From assembly GCA_034408725.1 (NCBI GenBank), contig JAWXCN010000075.1:1-17627 (forward strand): DNA of 17,627 nucleotides, written 5' to 3'. Under the pieces are notes generated by a model. That model saw only the letters and a list, made by a program, of their open reading frames with translations, was not told where the DNA came from and did no database searches. Of the stretch, positions 1-9,613 are shown one piece after another. This DNA is from Candidatus Hydrogenedentota bacterium (GTDB lineage: Bacteria > Hydrogenedentota > Hydrogenedentia > Hydrogenedentales > SLHB01). The position numbers and the translations under genes were made by a program. How positions within the stretch are numbered: the stretch's first letter is position 1; each line of letters opens with the position of its first letter.

Positions 1-2287
1 CACCGTAATCGAGGTCCCAGGGGTCGGTGTTCCAGTGGTTGAAATGGCGCTCATCCACGGGGATAACTTTGCCATTGACGCTGTGACCGCGCGCGCGGTT
101 TTTCACTTCGTCCCAAGGCTCGACGGGATCGCCACGCTGAGCGCGCGGCAACATGATGATATCCAAACGATGGCTATTTTCCTGCGCCCAATTGAAGCGG
201 TCGAGCGGGAACCGCTTGAGCGTATCGACCGAATCATCTAACCAGCCTTCCCAGGGATCGAGTTGCCAGGCGCCGTAGGCGTTGGTGAATGAGGCGTCCT
301 GGCCTAGCGCGGCGTATGCAAAATTAAAGAAGGGATTCATCTCCTGCCACTCGTGGGACATGTAGCGGTAGAAGGCGTAAGACATGCGTGACTTCAACTC
401 TTCGTTTTTCGTGTACTTCAACAAATTGTAGAAACACATGATCGCCATTTCATCGTCGGAGTGATTGCCTGAACCGTAGCCTTGCTGAAGTTTCGCATTG
501 ATAGCGTTCACATCATACGCGTGCTTTTCGCATAGCTCGGTGATGGCGCCGGTGTATTTGGAATCGCCGGTCATGTGTTCAGCGGTTGTCAGGTAGGAGA
601 GCATGCTCAGCGAATTGAGTCCGCGTTCCCACGACCATAGCGGGTCGCGGTTCAACTTCTCGGGGCTATATATGGCCCACCGCGTAGGCGTGCCGTCGTG
701 GTCGACGAGGCAGTAGTTGTTGCGCAGCAGGTGATCAGTCAGGTTGACGACGAGCTCGCGCACGCGCGCTTTCTCTTCGTCTGAATCGGCTACGAGGTCG
801 TAATACAGGGCGTAAAAGAAATAGTGGCCGTCCAGTTCGTCGGAGCTGGTATCGGATTTGTACCAGTGTTTTTTGTCTTTGGACAACGGCCAGCGCGGGA
901 CATAGGCCTTCCAAAGTGAATCGCCTTTTTGATTTTCCTTTTGGCCTTCAAGGGTGTAACTACCGCGAAGGTTAGGGTCCGGTTCGTTGGTTTCGACAAC
1001 GGTGCGCGCAACGTACCCCGGTTGCTGGTCTACTTCGCCGTCGATGGGGGCAATAGTGAGAAAGCGCATGGCCTCGAACGCCTGCTTGGCGCGTTCTTTT
1101 GCTTGTGGGTCTTTTGTTGCTCCGTATGCGAAGCATTCGCCCGCGCCGTACATGCCAGTCCACAGTCCGTCATTGTCACTGTCGCGGTTTTTGTGAGACG
1201 ACTTATCGCCGGGTTTATCTACGTTGGATTCGAGCACATATCCATATTCGGTGCGGCGGTGATACTTGTCGATTTCGTCTTCGTACCACGTTGCTTTTTC
1301 CGCGAACGTCATGGGGCGGCGCTCGATAACGCCGACGCCGGCCGCGGTGGCAAACCATGCGCTGCCCTTTGCGTCGACAGCTACGCCGCGCACGTCGTCC
1401 GCGGGAAGCCAGCGGCGGCCCTGGCGGTAATTGAAGACGCCTTCCTCGAATCGAATGGCGCCCTTGTTGGAGGAAAACCAGACTTCGCCATTCGGGCCGA
1501 GCGCCGCGCCGGAAAGCTGGTTATAAGGAAGGCCATCGTCGCCGTCCCACAACTGCCAGACGTTATCGTCGTAGGTTGCAATGCCTTGAGGGCTTCCAAA
1601 CCAGAGCCGGCTTGTCCCGGTGAATGCGACGGCGCGCACGGCGCGCGGCGCCCACGCGCGAAGTTCGGGGGTCACAGGATACATTGCCGACCATTTTGAA
1701 TCAGCGCGTTTGTAGAACAAGCCCGCGTCGCCGCCGACGGCGATGATGCCGGTGGCATCGCTCGCGACGGTGTGCAATGCCTTGGCGTCGCCAAGCAGGG
1801 CATTTAGCGTTTCGTCCGGTTTCACGGCGCCATTCGACACGGTATAGAGGCCATTCGACGTTGCAACGAGCAATCCACTGTAGCCTGCGATACCGTCTGC
1901 GGACGCGATTGCATATACGGTTCCGGCGGGTGCGCCGGAGAGCTCGGATTCGCCGCTGGCCGGCAGCACATGCAGAATTTTGCCGCCGGCGACGGCCGCA
2001 ACGCCGCCGTTGTGCGGGGTGAGCGTGGACACCGCGGCGGCGCCGCGCGCTTTCCACGCAGTGCCGTCGAATTCAGCAAGACCTTTGTCCGTTCCAGCGA
2101 ACACCCGATCGCCGGCGACAGCAATTGCGGTTACGTTGTTGGAGGGTAGGCCCGACTCCGTCGTGAAGGTTTTCGCGACGTCCTGCTTGAAGGCGCCGAC
2201 AGTCACGCTGGGCGCGTCGGCATGGGTCGCCGGGGCGACCAGCCACGCGCAGACAAGCATCGCGAGCAAAAGCATACGGAATCTCAC
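1..2287 (-). CDS. Secreted beta-propeller-repeat protein with a C-terminal glycoside-hydrolase-like (probably alpha/alpha) domain; 3'-partial, at least 762 codons
   Basis: Translated by hand. GTG at 2287 follows SD GGAGGAG, and the frame runs to the window edge. Signal peptide MRFRMLLLAMLVCAWLVAPATHA. Two-component-regulator-propeller-like repeats GLPSNNV, GLPYNQL, WLPADDV. Then motifs DSDNDGLWT, WYKSDTSSDELDGHYF, ERGLNSLSMLSYL, NHSDDEM, WNTDPW. The short ORFs listed over this region are its shadows. Confidence 0.85.
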   Translation of the reverse strand, partial: MRFRMLLLAMLVCAWLVAPATHADAPSVTVGAFKQDVAKTFTTESGLPSNNVTAIAVAGDRVFAGTDKGLAEFDGTAWKARGAAAVSTLTPHNGGVAAVAGGKILHVLPASGESELSGAPAGTVYAIASADGIAGYSGLLVATSNGLYTVSNGAVKPDETLNALLGDAKALHTVASDATGIIAVGGDAGLFYKRADSKWSAMYPVTPELRAWAPRAVRAVAFTGTSRLWFGSPQGIATYDDNVWQLWDGDDGLPYNQLSGAALGPNGEVWFSSNKGAIRFEEGVFNYRQGRRWLPADDVRGVAVDAKGSAWFATAAGVGVIERRPMTFAEKATWYEDEIDKYHRRTEYGYVLESNVDKPGDKSSHKNRDSDNDGLWTGMYGAGECFAYGATKDPQAKERAKQAFEAMRFLTIAPIDGEVDQQPGYVARTVVETNEPDPNLRGSYTLEGQKENQKGDSLWKAYVPRWPLSKDKKHWYKSDTSSDELDGHYFFYALYYDLVADSDEEKARVRELVVNLTDHLLRNNYCLVDHDGTPTRWAIYSPEKLNRDPLWSWERGLNSLSMLSYLTTAEHMTGDSKYTGAITELCEKHAYDVNAINAKLQQGYGSGNHSDDEMAIMCFYNLLKYTKNEELKSRMSYAFYRYMSHEWQEMNPFFNFAYAALGQDASFTNAYGAWQLDPWEGWLDDSVDTLKRFPLDRFNWAQENSHRLDIIMLPRAQRGDPVEPWDEVKNRARGHSVNGKVIPVDERHFNHWNTDPWDLDYG

Positions 2288-2362
2288 GGATTGAACTCCT
2301 CCGAAGTTGGTGATTGGGCGCGGGGACATGGACAAGCACCTGAAAGAAAAAACCAGAGGTGG

Positions 2363-2371
2363 GTTATAGCA
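2363..2371 (-). promoter_or_regulatory. Possible extended -10 promoter for the propeller gene
   Basis: Minus strand reads TGCTATAAC (TGn plus TATAAC) about 75 nt upstream of the GTG. No convincing -35. Confidence 0.3.
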
Positions 2372-2482
2372 CGTGGGGAAGGAACATGCTACCAAGTGGG
2401 GCGGTATGGAGGGCAATCGTGAAAAAAGGAGCAATTGTTTTGGCTGTTTGGAGTGTGGCAGAATGGGGACGTATTTTTGTTC

Positions 2483-2510
2483 TTGACGCTTATCGCGTGT
2501 GCGCCAATAT
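2483..2510 (+). promoter_or_regulatory. Possible sigma70 promoter of the nqr operon
   Basis: TTGACG (2483-2488), 16-nt spacer, CAATAT (2505-2510), with a T-rich tract just upstream. Confidence 0.4.
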
Positions 2511-2522
2511 GTATGTCGGGGG

Positions 2523-2620
2523 ACATGAATTGGTAGACTCGGTAGGTGTTGCGCGCCGAGGGTTGGAAGGCATAAACAGTCGGCCACCCAGAATCTATTC
2601 ATCGTGTTTGGTCACAACCA
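2523..2620 (+). promoter_or_regulatory. Candidate structured 5' leader of nqrA (possible cis-regulatory RNA)
   Basis: Nested pairings: ATGAA 2525-2529/TTCAT 2598-2602, TAGA 2534-2537/TCTA 2594-2597, CTCGG 2538-2542/CCGAG 2556-2560, GGTtGG 2561-2566/CCACC 2584-2588. Confidence 0.3.
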
Positions 2621-2641
2621 CTTACGGATGGACTACTCAGT

Positions 2642-4012
2642 ATGGCGGTTCACACGATCAAGAAGGGCCTTGACCTTCCGATTGCCGGTGCGCCAGTGCA
2701 GCAGATCGACGGATTGCGCATCCCTTCGCGTGTCGGACTATTAGCGGACGATTCCATCGGACTGCGCCCGACCATGCTTGTTCAGGCCGGGGACCGCGTC
2801 ATGCGCGGACAACCCCTGTTTGAAGACAAAAAGAACCCCGGGGTTATCTGTACTTCTCCCGCCGCGGGAACCGTTGGGTCTATAAACCGCGGTGAAAAGC
2901 GGGCCTTCCAATCCATCGTGATAGATCTCGATGAGGCCGAACGCAAAGGGGAAGGCGAGCAGGTTGCGTTCAGCACCTACACAGGCACGAGTCCGGCCGG
3001 TCTAAGCCGTGATGAGATTACGGCGTTGCTGGTTGAATCAGGGCTTTGGACTACATTGCGCACCCGACCCTTCAGCAAGGTGCCGGTCCCGGGTTCCACT
3101 CCCATGGCGATTTTTGTTACCGCGATGGACACGAATCCGCACGCGTTGAACCCGGAAATTGCCATCAAGGGGAACGAAGCACATTTTGAACGCGGGCTTA
3201 TCTGTATCGCGAAATTGACAGAGGGCCGCACGTACCTGTGCAAAGCGCGCGGCGCGGCGATTCCCGCGAACCCGAATACCGGAATCCAGATCGAGGAGTT
3301 CGCGGGCGTTCACCCCGCGGGCACGGTGGGCGTTCATATCAACCGATTGCACCCCGTAAGCGCGAAAAAGGTCGCATGGCACATCAACTACCAGGACGTT
3401 GTGGCTGTTGGAAAGCTCTTCGGCACGGGCCAGCTCGATGTTGAACGCGTGATTTCATTGGCCGGACCTTCCATGAAATCGCCACGCCTGGTTCGCACGC
3501 GCGTTGGCGCTTCGACGGATGACCTTGTGCGCGGAGAGCTGGTTGACGGCGAACATCGGGTGATTGGTGGATCGGTATTGGCGGGCAGAACCGCAATGGG
3601 CGATATTTTCGGATATTTGGGGCGCTACCACACGCAGGTCTCGGCGTTGCGCGAGGGCCGCGAACGCGAATTTCTGGGATGGTTGTCGCCTGGGATGAAG
3701 AAGTTTTCCGTGATACGGGTATTCGCATCAAAACTGTTCAACGGCAAAACATTTGATTTCAGTACGTCAACCAACGGTTCGCCCCGCGCGATGGTGCCGA
3801 TTGGAATGTACGAGAAGGTCATGCCGATGGACATCCAGCCGACGTTTTTGTTGCGATCGCTATTGACGGGCGACGTGGAAGAGGCCGAGAAACTGGGCCT
3901 GCTCGAACTTGATGAAGAGGATCTCGCGCTGTGTACCTTTGTGTGCCCCGGTAAGCATGACTACGGGGTCCGTTTGCGCGCGATGTTGAACCAGATCGAC
4001 AAGGAAGGCTGA
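2642..4012 (+). CDS. nqrA: Na+-translocating NADH:quinone oxidoreductase subunit A
   Basis: N-terminus [13 protein letters not shown], motifs [23 protein letters not shown], and C-terminal [18 protein letters not shown]. First gene of a collinear nqr operon. Confidence 0.97.
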   Translation: MAVHTIKKGLDLPIAGAPVQQIDGLRIPSRVGLLADDSIGLRPTMLVQAGDRVMRGQPLFEDKKNPGVICTSPAAGTVGSINRGEKRAFQSIVIDLDEAERKGEGEQVAFSTYTGTSPAGLSRDEITALLVESGLWTTLRTRPFSKVPVPGSTPMAIFVTAMDTNPHALNPEIAIKGNEAHFERGLICIAKLTEGRTYLCKARGAAIPANPNTGIQIEEFAGVHPAGTVGVHINRLHPVSAKKVAWHINYQDVVAVGKLFGTGQLDVERVISLAGPSMKSPRLVRTRVGASTDDLVRGELVDGEHRVIGGSVLAGRTAMGDIFGYLGRYHTQVSALREGREREFLGWLSPGMKKFSVIRVFASKLFNGKTFDFSTSTNGSPRAMVPIGMYEKVMPMDIQPTFLLRSLLTGDVEEAEKLGLLELDEEDLALCTFVCPGKHDYGVRLRAMLNQIDKEG

Positions 4013-5247
4013 TGAAAGCGTTGTTGAATGCGCACAATCGCATGCGCAAACACTTTGAGAAGGGAGGAAGGCTGGAGAAGCTGTACCCCTTCTTCGAGGC
4101 GCAGGACACCTTTCTGTTTACGCCGGATTCGGTGACAAAGTCCGCATCGCACGTGCGCGATGGACTCGATCTCAAGCGCATGATGATCACGGTGGTGATC
4201 GCGCTGATACCCTGTACGCTGTTCGCAATGTGGAACGTGGGTTATCAGGCGAACATCGTGTTGAACCCCGCGACCGTGGACGAGCTTCCGGGTTGGCAAC
4301 ATGCCGTCATACAGGCGCTTGGCGTTGGCTACAATCCCAATAATCCGCTGGCGTGTTTTTTTCAGGGCGCGCTGTATTTCCTGCCGGTGTATTTCGTCAC
4401 CATAGCGGTAGGCGGTATATGGGAAGCAATTTTTGCGGTCGTGCGCAAACACGAGATCAACGAGGGTTTCCTGGTTACGAGCCTTCTTTTTCCGCTCATT
4501 CTGCCGCCGACCATTCCGTTGTGGCAGGTCGCGATTGGCGTTAGTTTCGGGATTGTGTTTGGCAAGGAAGTGTTTGGCGGGACGGGGATGAATTTTCTGA
4601 ACCCGGCGTTGGTGTGCCGCGCGTTCCTTTTTTTCGCGTATCCCGGCCAGATCACTGGCGACAACGTGTGGGTTGCGGCGGACAAGGCCCACGCCGTGGA
4701 TGGTTTTAGCGGAGCAACGATTCTCGGCGTAACGCGGATCGAAGGATTTGTGGACGCGGTCGCCAACACGGGATATACGTGGTGGAAGGCATTCATCGGC
4801 GTCGAGCCGGGTTCGATGGGAGAGACCTCGGCGCTGATGTGCATCATCGGCGCGGTCATTCTTATCGCGACGGGCGTCGGCTCATGGAGAACGATGGCGG
4901 GCGTGGCATTGGGCACAACGGTCACGGCGTTGTTATTGAACCTCGTGCATTCGGAAACCAACGGCTCGTTCGCAATCCCGTTTTACTGGCACATGGTGCT
5001 GGGGGGATGGGCCTTCGGGACAGTGTTCATGGCGACGGACCCGGTGTCGTCGTCGTTCACGGAATTGGGCAAGTGGATATACGGGTTCATGATTGGATGG
5101 CTCGTCGTGCTTATTCGGGTGGTGAACCCGGCGTATCCTGAAGCCATGATGTTGTCGATCCTGTTCATGAACATGCTGGCGCCGTTGATCGACCACTACG
5201 TGGTCAAGGCGAACATCAAGAAAAGGTTGGCGCGCAGTGCAGCGTAA
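4012..5247 (+). CDS. nqrB: Na+-NQR subunit B
   Basis: HVRDGLDLKRMM, VGGIWE, HEINEGFLVT, KEVFGGTGMNFLNPAL, FMN-attachment DGFSGAT, FMATDPVS, NPAYPE, APLIDH. TGATG overlap with nqrA. Confidence 0.97.
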   Translation: MKALLNAHNRMRKHFEKGGRLEKLYPFFEAQDTFLFTPDSVTKSASHVRDGLDLKRMMITVVIALIPCTLFAMWNVGYQANIVLNPATVDELPGWQHAVIQALGVGYNPNNPLACFFQGALYFLPVYFVTIAVGGIWEAIFAVVRKHEINEGFLVTSLLFPLILPPTIPLWQVAIGVSFGIVFGKEVFGGTGMNFLNPALVCRAFLFFAYPGQITGDNVWVAADKAHAVDGFSGATILGVTRIEGFVDAVANTGYTWWKAFIGVEPGSMGETSALMCIIGAVILIATGVGSWRTMAGVALGTTVTALLLNLVHSETNGSFAIPFYWHMVLGGWAFGTVFMATDPVSSSFTELGKWIYGFMIGWLVVLIRVVNPAYPEAMMLSILFMNMLAPLIDHYVVKANIKKRLARSAA

Positions 5248-6025
5248 CTCCGTTAAATTCACCCTGATCTTTGCGACGATTGTGTGCGTGTGCTGTTCCG
5301 TGTTGGTGGCGACAAGCGCGGTGGTGCTGGCTGACCGCCAGGAGAGCAACCGGAAGATTTACAAACAGCGCAACGTGCTGCTTGCGGCGGGGATAATCAA
5401 GGACGGGCAGGACGTTTCCAATAACGAGGTGTCCGAGCTATTCACGGACGCTATCGAGGTGCGGCTCGTCGATCTCGAGACGGGTGATTATGTCGAGGAT
5501 GCGAACGCGGCTGACTATAACCAACTCGCCGCGCGCGATGATCCGGCGCAAAGTGAAGTGGCCCCGGCAAATAGTTCGAGCATCAAGCGCGTTCCGCACA
5601 AGGGCATGGTGTTTCTGGTGAAGCAGGACGGGGCATTGAATGCTTTCGTAATTCCCATTGAAGGTTATGGGCTTTGGGGCACGTTGTACGGGTACTTGGC
5701 CTTGGAGAAGGATGGGACGACCATTCGCGGCATCACATATTACGAGCATAAAGAGACTCCGGGACTCGGCGGAGAAGTCGATAATCCGAAGTGGAAAGCC
5801 TTGTGGCCTGGGCGCACGGCGATTGACGATCAGGGCCAGCCGGTGATTCGTGTGATTAAAGGTCCCGCGGGCGACGTCGACGAAGACCCGCGCCATATCG
5901 ACGGCCTTTCGGGAGCGACGATTACGAGCAATGGCATCACGTATATGATGGATTTTTGGCTGGGTGAAAATGGATATGGGCCCTTCATCCAGAAGTTCCG
6001 CGAACAGGGAGGCGCCGTGTCATGA
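5237..6025 (+). CDS. nqrC: Na+-NQR subunit C
   Basis: N-terminal TM helix, [20 protein letters not shown]-attachment [13 protein letters not shown] start overlaps the end of nqrB. Confidence 0.96.
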   Translation: MQRNSVKFTLIFATIVCVCCSVLVATSAVVLADRQESNRKIYKQRNVLLAAGIIKDGQDVSNNEVSELFTDAIEVRLVDLETGDYVEDANAADYNQLAARDDPAQSEVAPANSSSIKRVPHKGMVFLVKQDGALNAFVIPIEGYGLWGTLYGYLALEKDGTTIRGITYYEHKETPGLGGEVDNPKWKALWPGRTAIDDQGQPVIRVIKGPAGDVDEDPRHIDGLSGATITSNGITYMMDFWLGENGYGPFIQKFREQGGAVS

Positions 6026-6657
6026 GTTCATGGTTTGGTAAAGCCGAACGGGAAGCACTGATCGGCCCGGTATTCAGCAACAATCCCATTGGCCTGCAAG
6101 TGCTTGGGATATGTTCCGCGCTTGCGGTGACGACCCAGCTTGACAAAGCGCTGGTAATGGCGATTGGCCTGACGGCGGTTACGGCGTCCTCGAATCTGAT
6201 CATCAGTCTCATGCGCAATCTGATTCCATCAAGCATTCGCATCATTGTGCAGCTTGCGGTCATTGCGTCGCTCGTCATCGTGGTGGACCAGATATTAAAG
6301 GCGTATCTGTTCGAGATTAGCCTGCAACTGTCGGTGTTCACTGGCCTGATCATCACCAATTGTATCGTGATGGGGCGCGCGGAAGGGTACGCGATGCAGA
6401 ACCCGCCATTTATCAGTTTTATTGACGGTCTCGGCAACGGACTTGGATACAGCGTGGTGTTGGTGATTGTGGCGCTGTTGCGCGAGCCCCTCGGATCGGG
6501 AAAGATTTTTGGCTATCCGATTATGGCACTGGTGACCGACGGAGGATGGTACGTGCCCAACGGCATGATGCTGCTTGCGCCGGCGGCGTTCTTCATTATC
6601 GCGTGTTTCATTTGGGCCGTGCGCACCTGGAAGCCGGACCAGCAGGAGGCCGACTAG
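6022..6657 (+). CDS. nqrD: Na+-NQR subunit D
   Basis: [18 protein letters not shown] and [13 protein letters not shown] (the two Fe-S Cys), plus [13 protein letters not shown] overlap with nqrC and SD GGGAGG. Confidence 0.97.
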   Translation: MSSWFGKAEREALIGPVFSNNPIGLQVLGICSALAVTTQLDKALVMAIGLTAVTASSNLIISLMRNLIPSSIRIIVQLAVIASLVIVVDQILKAYLFEISLQLSVFTGLIITNCIVMGRAEGYAMQNPPFISFIDGLGNGLGYSVVLVIVALLREPLGSGKIFGYPIMALVTDGGWYVPNGMMLLAPAAFFIIACFIWAVRTWKPDQQEAD

Positions 6658-6658
6658 C

Positions 6659-7273
6659 ATGGAGCACTACCTCAACCTCATGGTGAAGGCCATCTTCATC
6701 GAGAACATGGCGCTGGCGTTTTTCCTGGGCATGTGTTCGTTTCTCGCATGTTCGCGGAAAGTTGACACCGCGCTGGGCCTTGGGATGGCGGTTATTTTCG
6801 TGCAGGTCATGACGGTGCCGATGAACAATCTCATTATGAACCATCTGTTGGCGGAAGGCGCGCTGGCGTGGATTCATCCGAGCCTTGCGCACGTGAACTT
6901 CCAATTTCTGTCGTTCATCTTGTTTATCAGCACGATTGCGGCCATGACACAGATTGTTGAAATGGCGTGCGACCGATTTACGCCAAAACTGTACGCGACG
7001 CTGGGGGTATTCCTGCCGTTGATCGCCGTGAATTGCGCGATCATGGGTGGTTCGTTGTTCATGCAGGAACGCGCCTATAACTTTCCCGAGAGCGTCGTCT
7101 ACGGAGTAGGTTCGGGAGTGGGTTGGATGCTCGCTATCGTGGCGCTCGCCGGCGTCCGCGAGAAAATGCGGTACAGCAACGTGCCACATGGGCTTCGAGG
7201 TCTCGGCATTACGTTCATTACCGCGGGGTTGATGGCGATCGCATTCATGGCGTTTTCAGGAATCCAATTGTAG
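6659..7273 (+). CDS. nqrE: Na+-NQR subunit E
   Basis: Start moved from 6575 to the in-frame ATG at 6659 (MEHYLNL), 1 nt after the nqrD stop. Motifs [47 protein letters not shown]. Confidence 0.96.
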   Translation: MEHYLNLMVKAIFIENMALAFFLGMCSFLACSRKVDTALGLGMAVIFVQVMTVPMNNLIMNHLLAEGALAWIHPSLAHVNFQFLSFILFISTIAAMTQIVEMACDRFTPKLYATLGVFLPLIAVNCAIMGGSLFMQERAYNFPESVVYGVGSGVGWMLAIVALAGVREKMRYSNVPHGLRGLGITFITAGLMAIAFMAFSGIQL

Positions 7274-7303
7274 GGTCGTGGGCCCGAAGAGAAAGGTCAA
7301 TCC

Positions 7304-8533
7304 ATGACGCTCATCTTTTCCGGTGTGCTCATGTTCACCGTCATAATTCTGTTGCTGGTGGGGGTGCTGCTGCTCGCGAAAGCCAAACTGGTGGCGACCG
7401 GCAATGTGAATATCGTCATCAACGGCGACGTGGCAAACCCGATTTCCGTTCCGGCGGGCAGCACGCTGCTGGGCACGTTGGCCGACCGCAAAATTTTCAT
7501 TCCTTCCGCGTGCGGCGGCAAGGGAAGCTGTGGCGTTTGCCGGGTAACGGTGAAAGAGGGCGGCGGTGAAATGTTGCCGACCGAACTGAACCACATCAAG
7601 CGCGGGGAAGCGAAAGAAGGGTGCCGGTTGTCCTGCCAGGTCAAAGTGAAGCAGGACATGAAGATTGAGATACCGGCGGAAATATTTGAGGTTAAACGCT
7701 GGACCTGCACGGTGCGGTCCAACGAAAACGTGGCGACATTTATCAAAGAACTCATCCTGGAACTGCCGGAGGGCGAGGAAGTGCCGTTTCGCGCGGGCGG
7801 TTATATTCAGATCGAATGTCCGCCGCATACGGCCGCGTACAAAGATTTTGAGATCGAAGACGAATACCGCGCGGACTGGGACAAAATGAACCTTTGGAAA
7901 CTTCAGTCCGTGTGCAGCGAAAAGGTTGAACGCGCGTTTTCCATGGCGAATTATCCGGAAGAACGCGGGATTATCATGCTCAACATTCGTATTGCGACGC
8001 CTCCTCCGCGCGCGCCAGAAGGCACGCCGCCGGGGATCATGTCGTCCTACACTTTTGGGTTGAAGCCCGGTGATCCCGTGGTGATTTCCGGGCCGTTCGG
8101 TGAATTCTTCGCGAAGGAAACGAATGCAGAGATGATTTTCATCGGCGGCGGCGCGGGCATGGCGCCGATGCGATCGCATATCTTCGATCAGTTCAAGCGG
8201 CTTAGTTCCAAACGTAAAGTAAGTTTTTGGTACGGCGCGCGGAGCCTGCGCGAAGCGTTTTATGTCGAGGACTTCGACATGATCCAGCGTGAGAACCCTA
8301 ACTTTAAATGGCATTTGGCCCTTTCCGAACCTTTGCCGGAAGACAACTGGACGGGTTATCGCGGATTCATTCACCAGGTGCTGTACGAGAATTATTTGAA
8401 AAGCCACCCCGCGCCAGAGGACGTCGAATATTACATCTGCGGCCCGCCGATGATGAACAGCGCGGTAATCAAGATGTTGCACGATCTCGGCGTCGAGGAC
8501 GAAAATATTCTATTCGACGATTTCGGCGGGTAA
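7304..8533 (+). CDS. nqrF: Na+-NQR subunit F (2Fe-2S/FAD NADH dehydrogenase)
   Basis: N-terminal TM anchor, [12 protein letters not shown]...RLSCQ 2Fe-2S ligands, [33 protein letters not shown]-terminal DDFGG. SD GAAAGG. Confidence 0.97.
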   Translation: MTLIFSGVLMFTVIILLLVGVLLLAKAKLVATGNVNIVINGDVANPISVPAGSTLLGTLADRKIFIPSACGGKGSCGVCRVTVKEGGGEMLPTELNHIKRGEAKEGCRLSCQVKVKQDMKIEIPAEIFEVKRWTCTVRSNENVATFIKELILELPEGEEVPFRAGGYIQIECPPHTAAYKDFEIEDEYRADWDKMNLWKLQSVCSEKVERAFSMANYPEERGIIMLNIRIATPPPRAPEGTPPGIMSSYTFGLKPGDPVVISGPFGEFFAKETNAEMIFIGGGAGMAPMRSHIFDQFKRLSSKRKVSFWYGARSLREAFYVEDFDMIQRENPNFKWHLALSEPLPEDNWTGYRGFIHQVLYENYLKSHPAPEDVEYYICGPPMMNSAVIKMLHDLGVEDENILFDDFGG

Positions 8534-9609
8534 TGTCCCCTCGCGCGGTATCACGAGTTTTCCGGCCCACCCTGTTTGGGGTGGGCTTCGTTTTTTTGCT
8601 CGCTGGCGCGCTGCCTGCCTGCCAACGCGAACCTGGTAAGGCCATCGAAGAGATTCAGTCCGTTACGATCGAAGGCCCAACGATGGGAACGCGCTTCACC
8701 GTAAAAATCGAGCGCGCGCGCGATGAAGCCACCATTGACGCGGCCAGCCGCCGAATACCGGAAGTCCTTGGCGCAATCGATTCCATGATGTCGACGTACA
8801 AGCCGGACTCTGAGTTGTCGCGGTTCAACCAACATCAGGACACATCGTCGTTCCCCGTATCGCCGGAAATGATTGAGGTGTTCCAGGCCGCGCGCGTGGT
8901 GAGCGAGGCGTCGGGTGGGGCCTTTGATATTACTGTCGGCCCGATTGTTAACGCTTGGGGATTTGGACCGGAGCAACGAAGCGCGCCACCCGCTGACAGC
9001 GAAATCAACGCCCTATTACCGCGGGTGGGATACTTGATGGTCGAGATTGACGCGGCATCATCTTCGCTAAGAAAGGCGCGCCCGGATATTTACTGCGATT
9101 TGTCGGGCATTGCGCAGGGCTATGCCGCGGACCGCGTCGCGAAGATGCTAGATGAGTTGGGCGTTGCGGATTACATGATTGATGTCAGCGGGGAATTTCG
9201 CACCCGCGGCCGCAATGACAGGGGCGACTCCTGGCAAATCGCCGTCGAACGGCCTGACGCACCGGAGCGAACAGCGCACCTTGTCGTGCCGTTGTCGGAC
9301 AAGTCATTGGCGACGTCCGGTGATTATCGCAATTACCGGGAGCGAGATGGTAAGCGGGTTTCGCATGAAATCGATCCAAAAACCGGGCAACCTATTGCGC
9401 ACGGGCTCGCGTCGGTAACAGTTGTCACCGACAATTGCGCGTTGGCTGACGCGTATGCGACCGCGCTGATCGTGATGGGCCCGGAAAAGGGTTTCGCGCT
9501 TGCGTCGGAGAAGGGCATGGCGGTTTTTTTTCTTGTGCGGAACGCCGACGGAGGATTTGACGAGCGCCGGACGCCACAATTCGATGCGCTCGTGAACGTG
9601 GTACAATAG
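8533..9609 (+). CDS. apbE: FAD:protein FMN transferase ApbE (lipoprotein)
   Basis: Start moved from 8308 to the ATG at 8533 (TAATG overlap with nqrF). Lipobox LPAC, TMGT, SELSRFN, GAFDITVGP, DLSGIAQGY, ATSGDYRNY, SHEIDP, ADAYATAL. Confidence 0.93.
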   Translation: MSPRAVSRVFRPTLFGVGFVFLLAGALPACQREPGKAIEEIQSVTIEGPTMGTRFTVKIERARDEATIDAASRRIPEVLGAIDSMMSTYKPDSELSRFNQHQDTSSFPVSPEMIEVFQAARVVSEASGGAFDITVGPIVNAWGFGPEQRSAPPADSEINALLPRVGYLMVEIDAASSSLRKARPDIYCDLSGIAQGYAADRVAKMLDELGVADYMIDVSGEFRTRGRNDRGDSWQIAVERPDAPERTAHLVVPLSDKSLATSGDYRNYRERDGKRVSHEIDPKTGQPIAHGLASVTVVTDNCALADAYATALIVMGPEKGFALASEKGMAVFFLVRNADGGFDERRTPQFDALVNVVQ

Positions 9610-9613
9610 AAAC

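Noticed and set aside
929..1699. 256-aa plus-strand ORF and the other small ORFs within 35-2422
   Set aside because: Antisense or out-of-frame shadows of the long minus-strand gene, which has an SD, a signal peptide and recognisable motifs.
2483..2496. FNR-box-like TTGACGCTTATCGC
   Set aside because: Three mismatches to TTGAT-N4-ATCAA. More simply explained as a -35 element.
2359..2673. 104-aa ORF overlapping the start of nqrA (possible leader peptide)
   Set aside because: Starts upstream of the putative nqr promoter, spans the regulatory region, and has no recognisable protein features.
7256..8482. 408-aa minus-strand ORF
   Set aside because: Antisense mirror of nqrF, typical of GC-rich coding DNA, with no motifs.
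8308..8532. 75-aa N-terminal extension of ApbE; similar extensions on nqrE (6575) and DUF2207 (13528)
   Set aside because: These overlap upstream genes. Downstream ATGs give coupled starts and proper N-termini or signal peptides.
2642..8533. Rnf complex as an alternative identity
   Set aside because: Gene order A-F, the NqrF FAD/2Fe-2S subunit and the absence of RnfB/RnfC 4Fe-4S motifs identify Na+-NQR.
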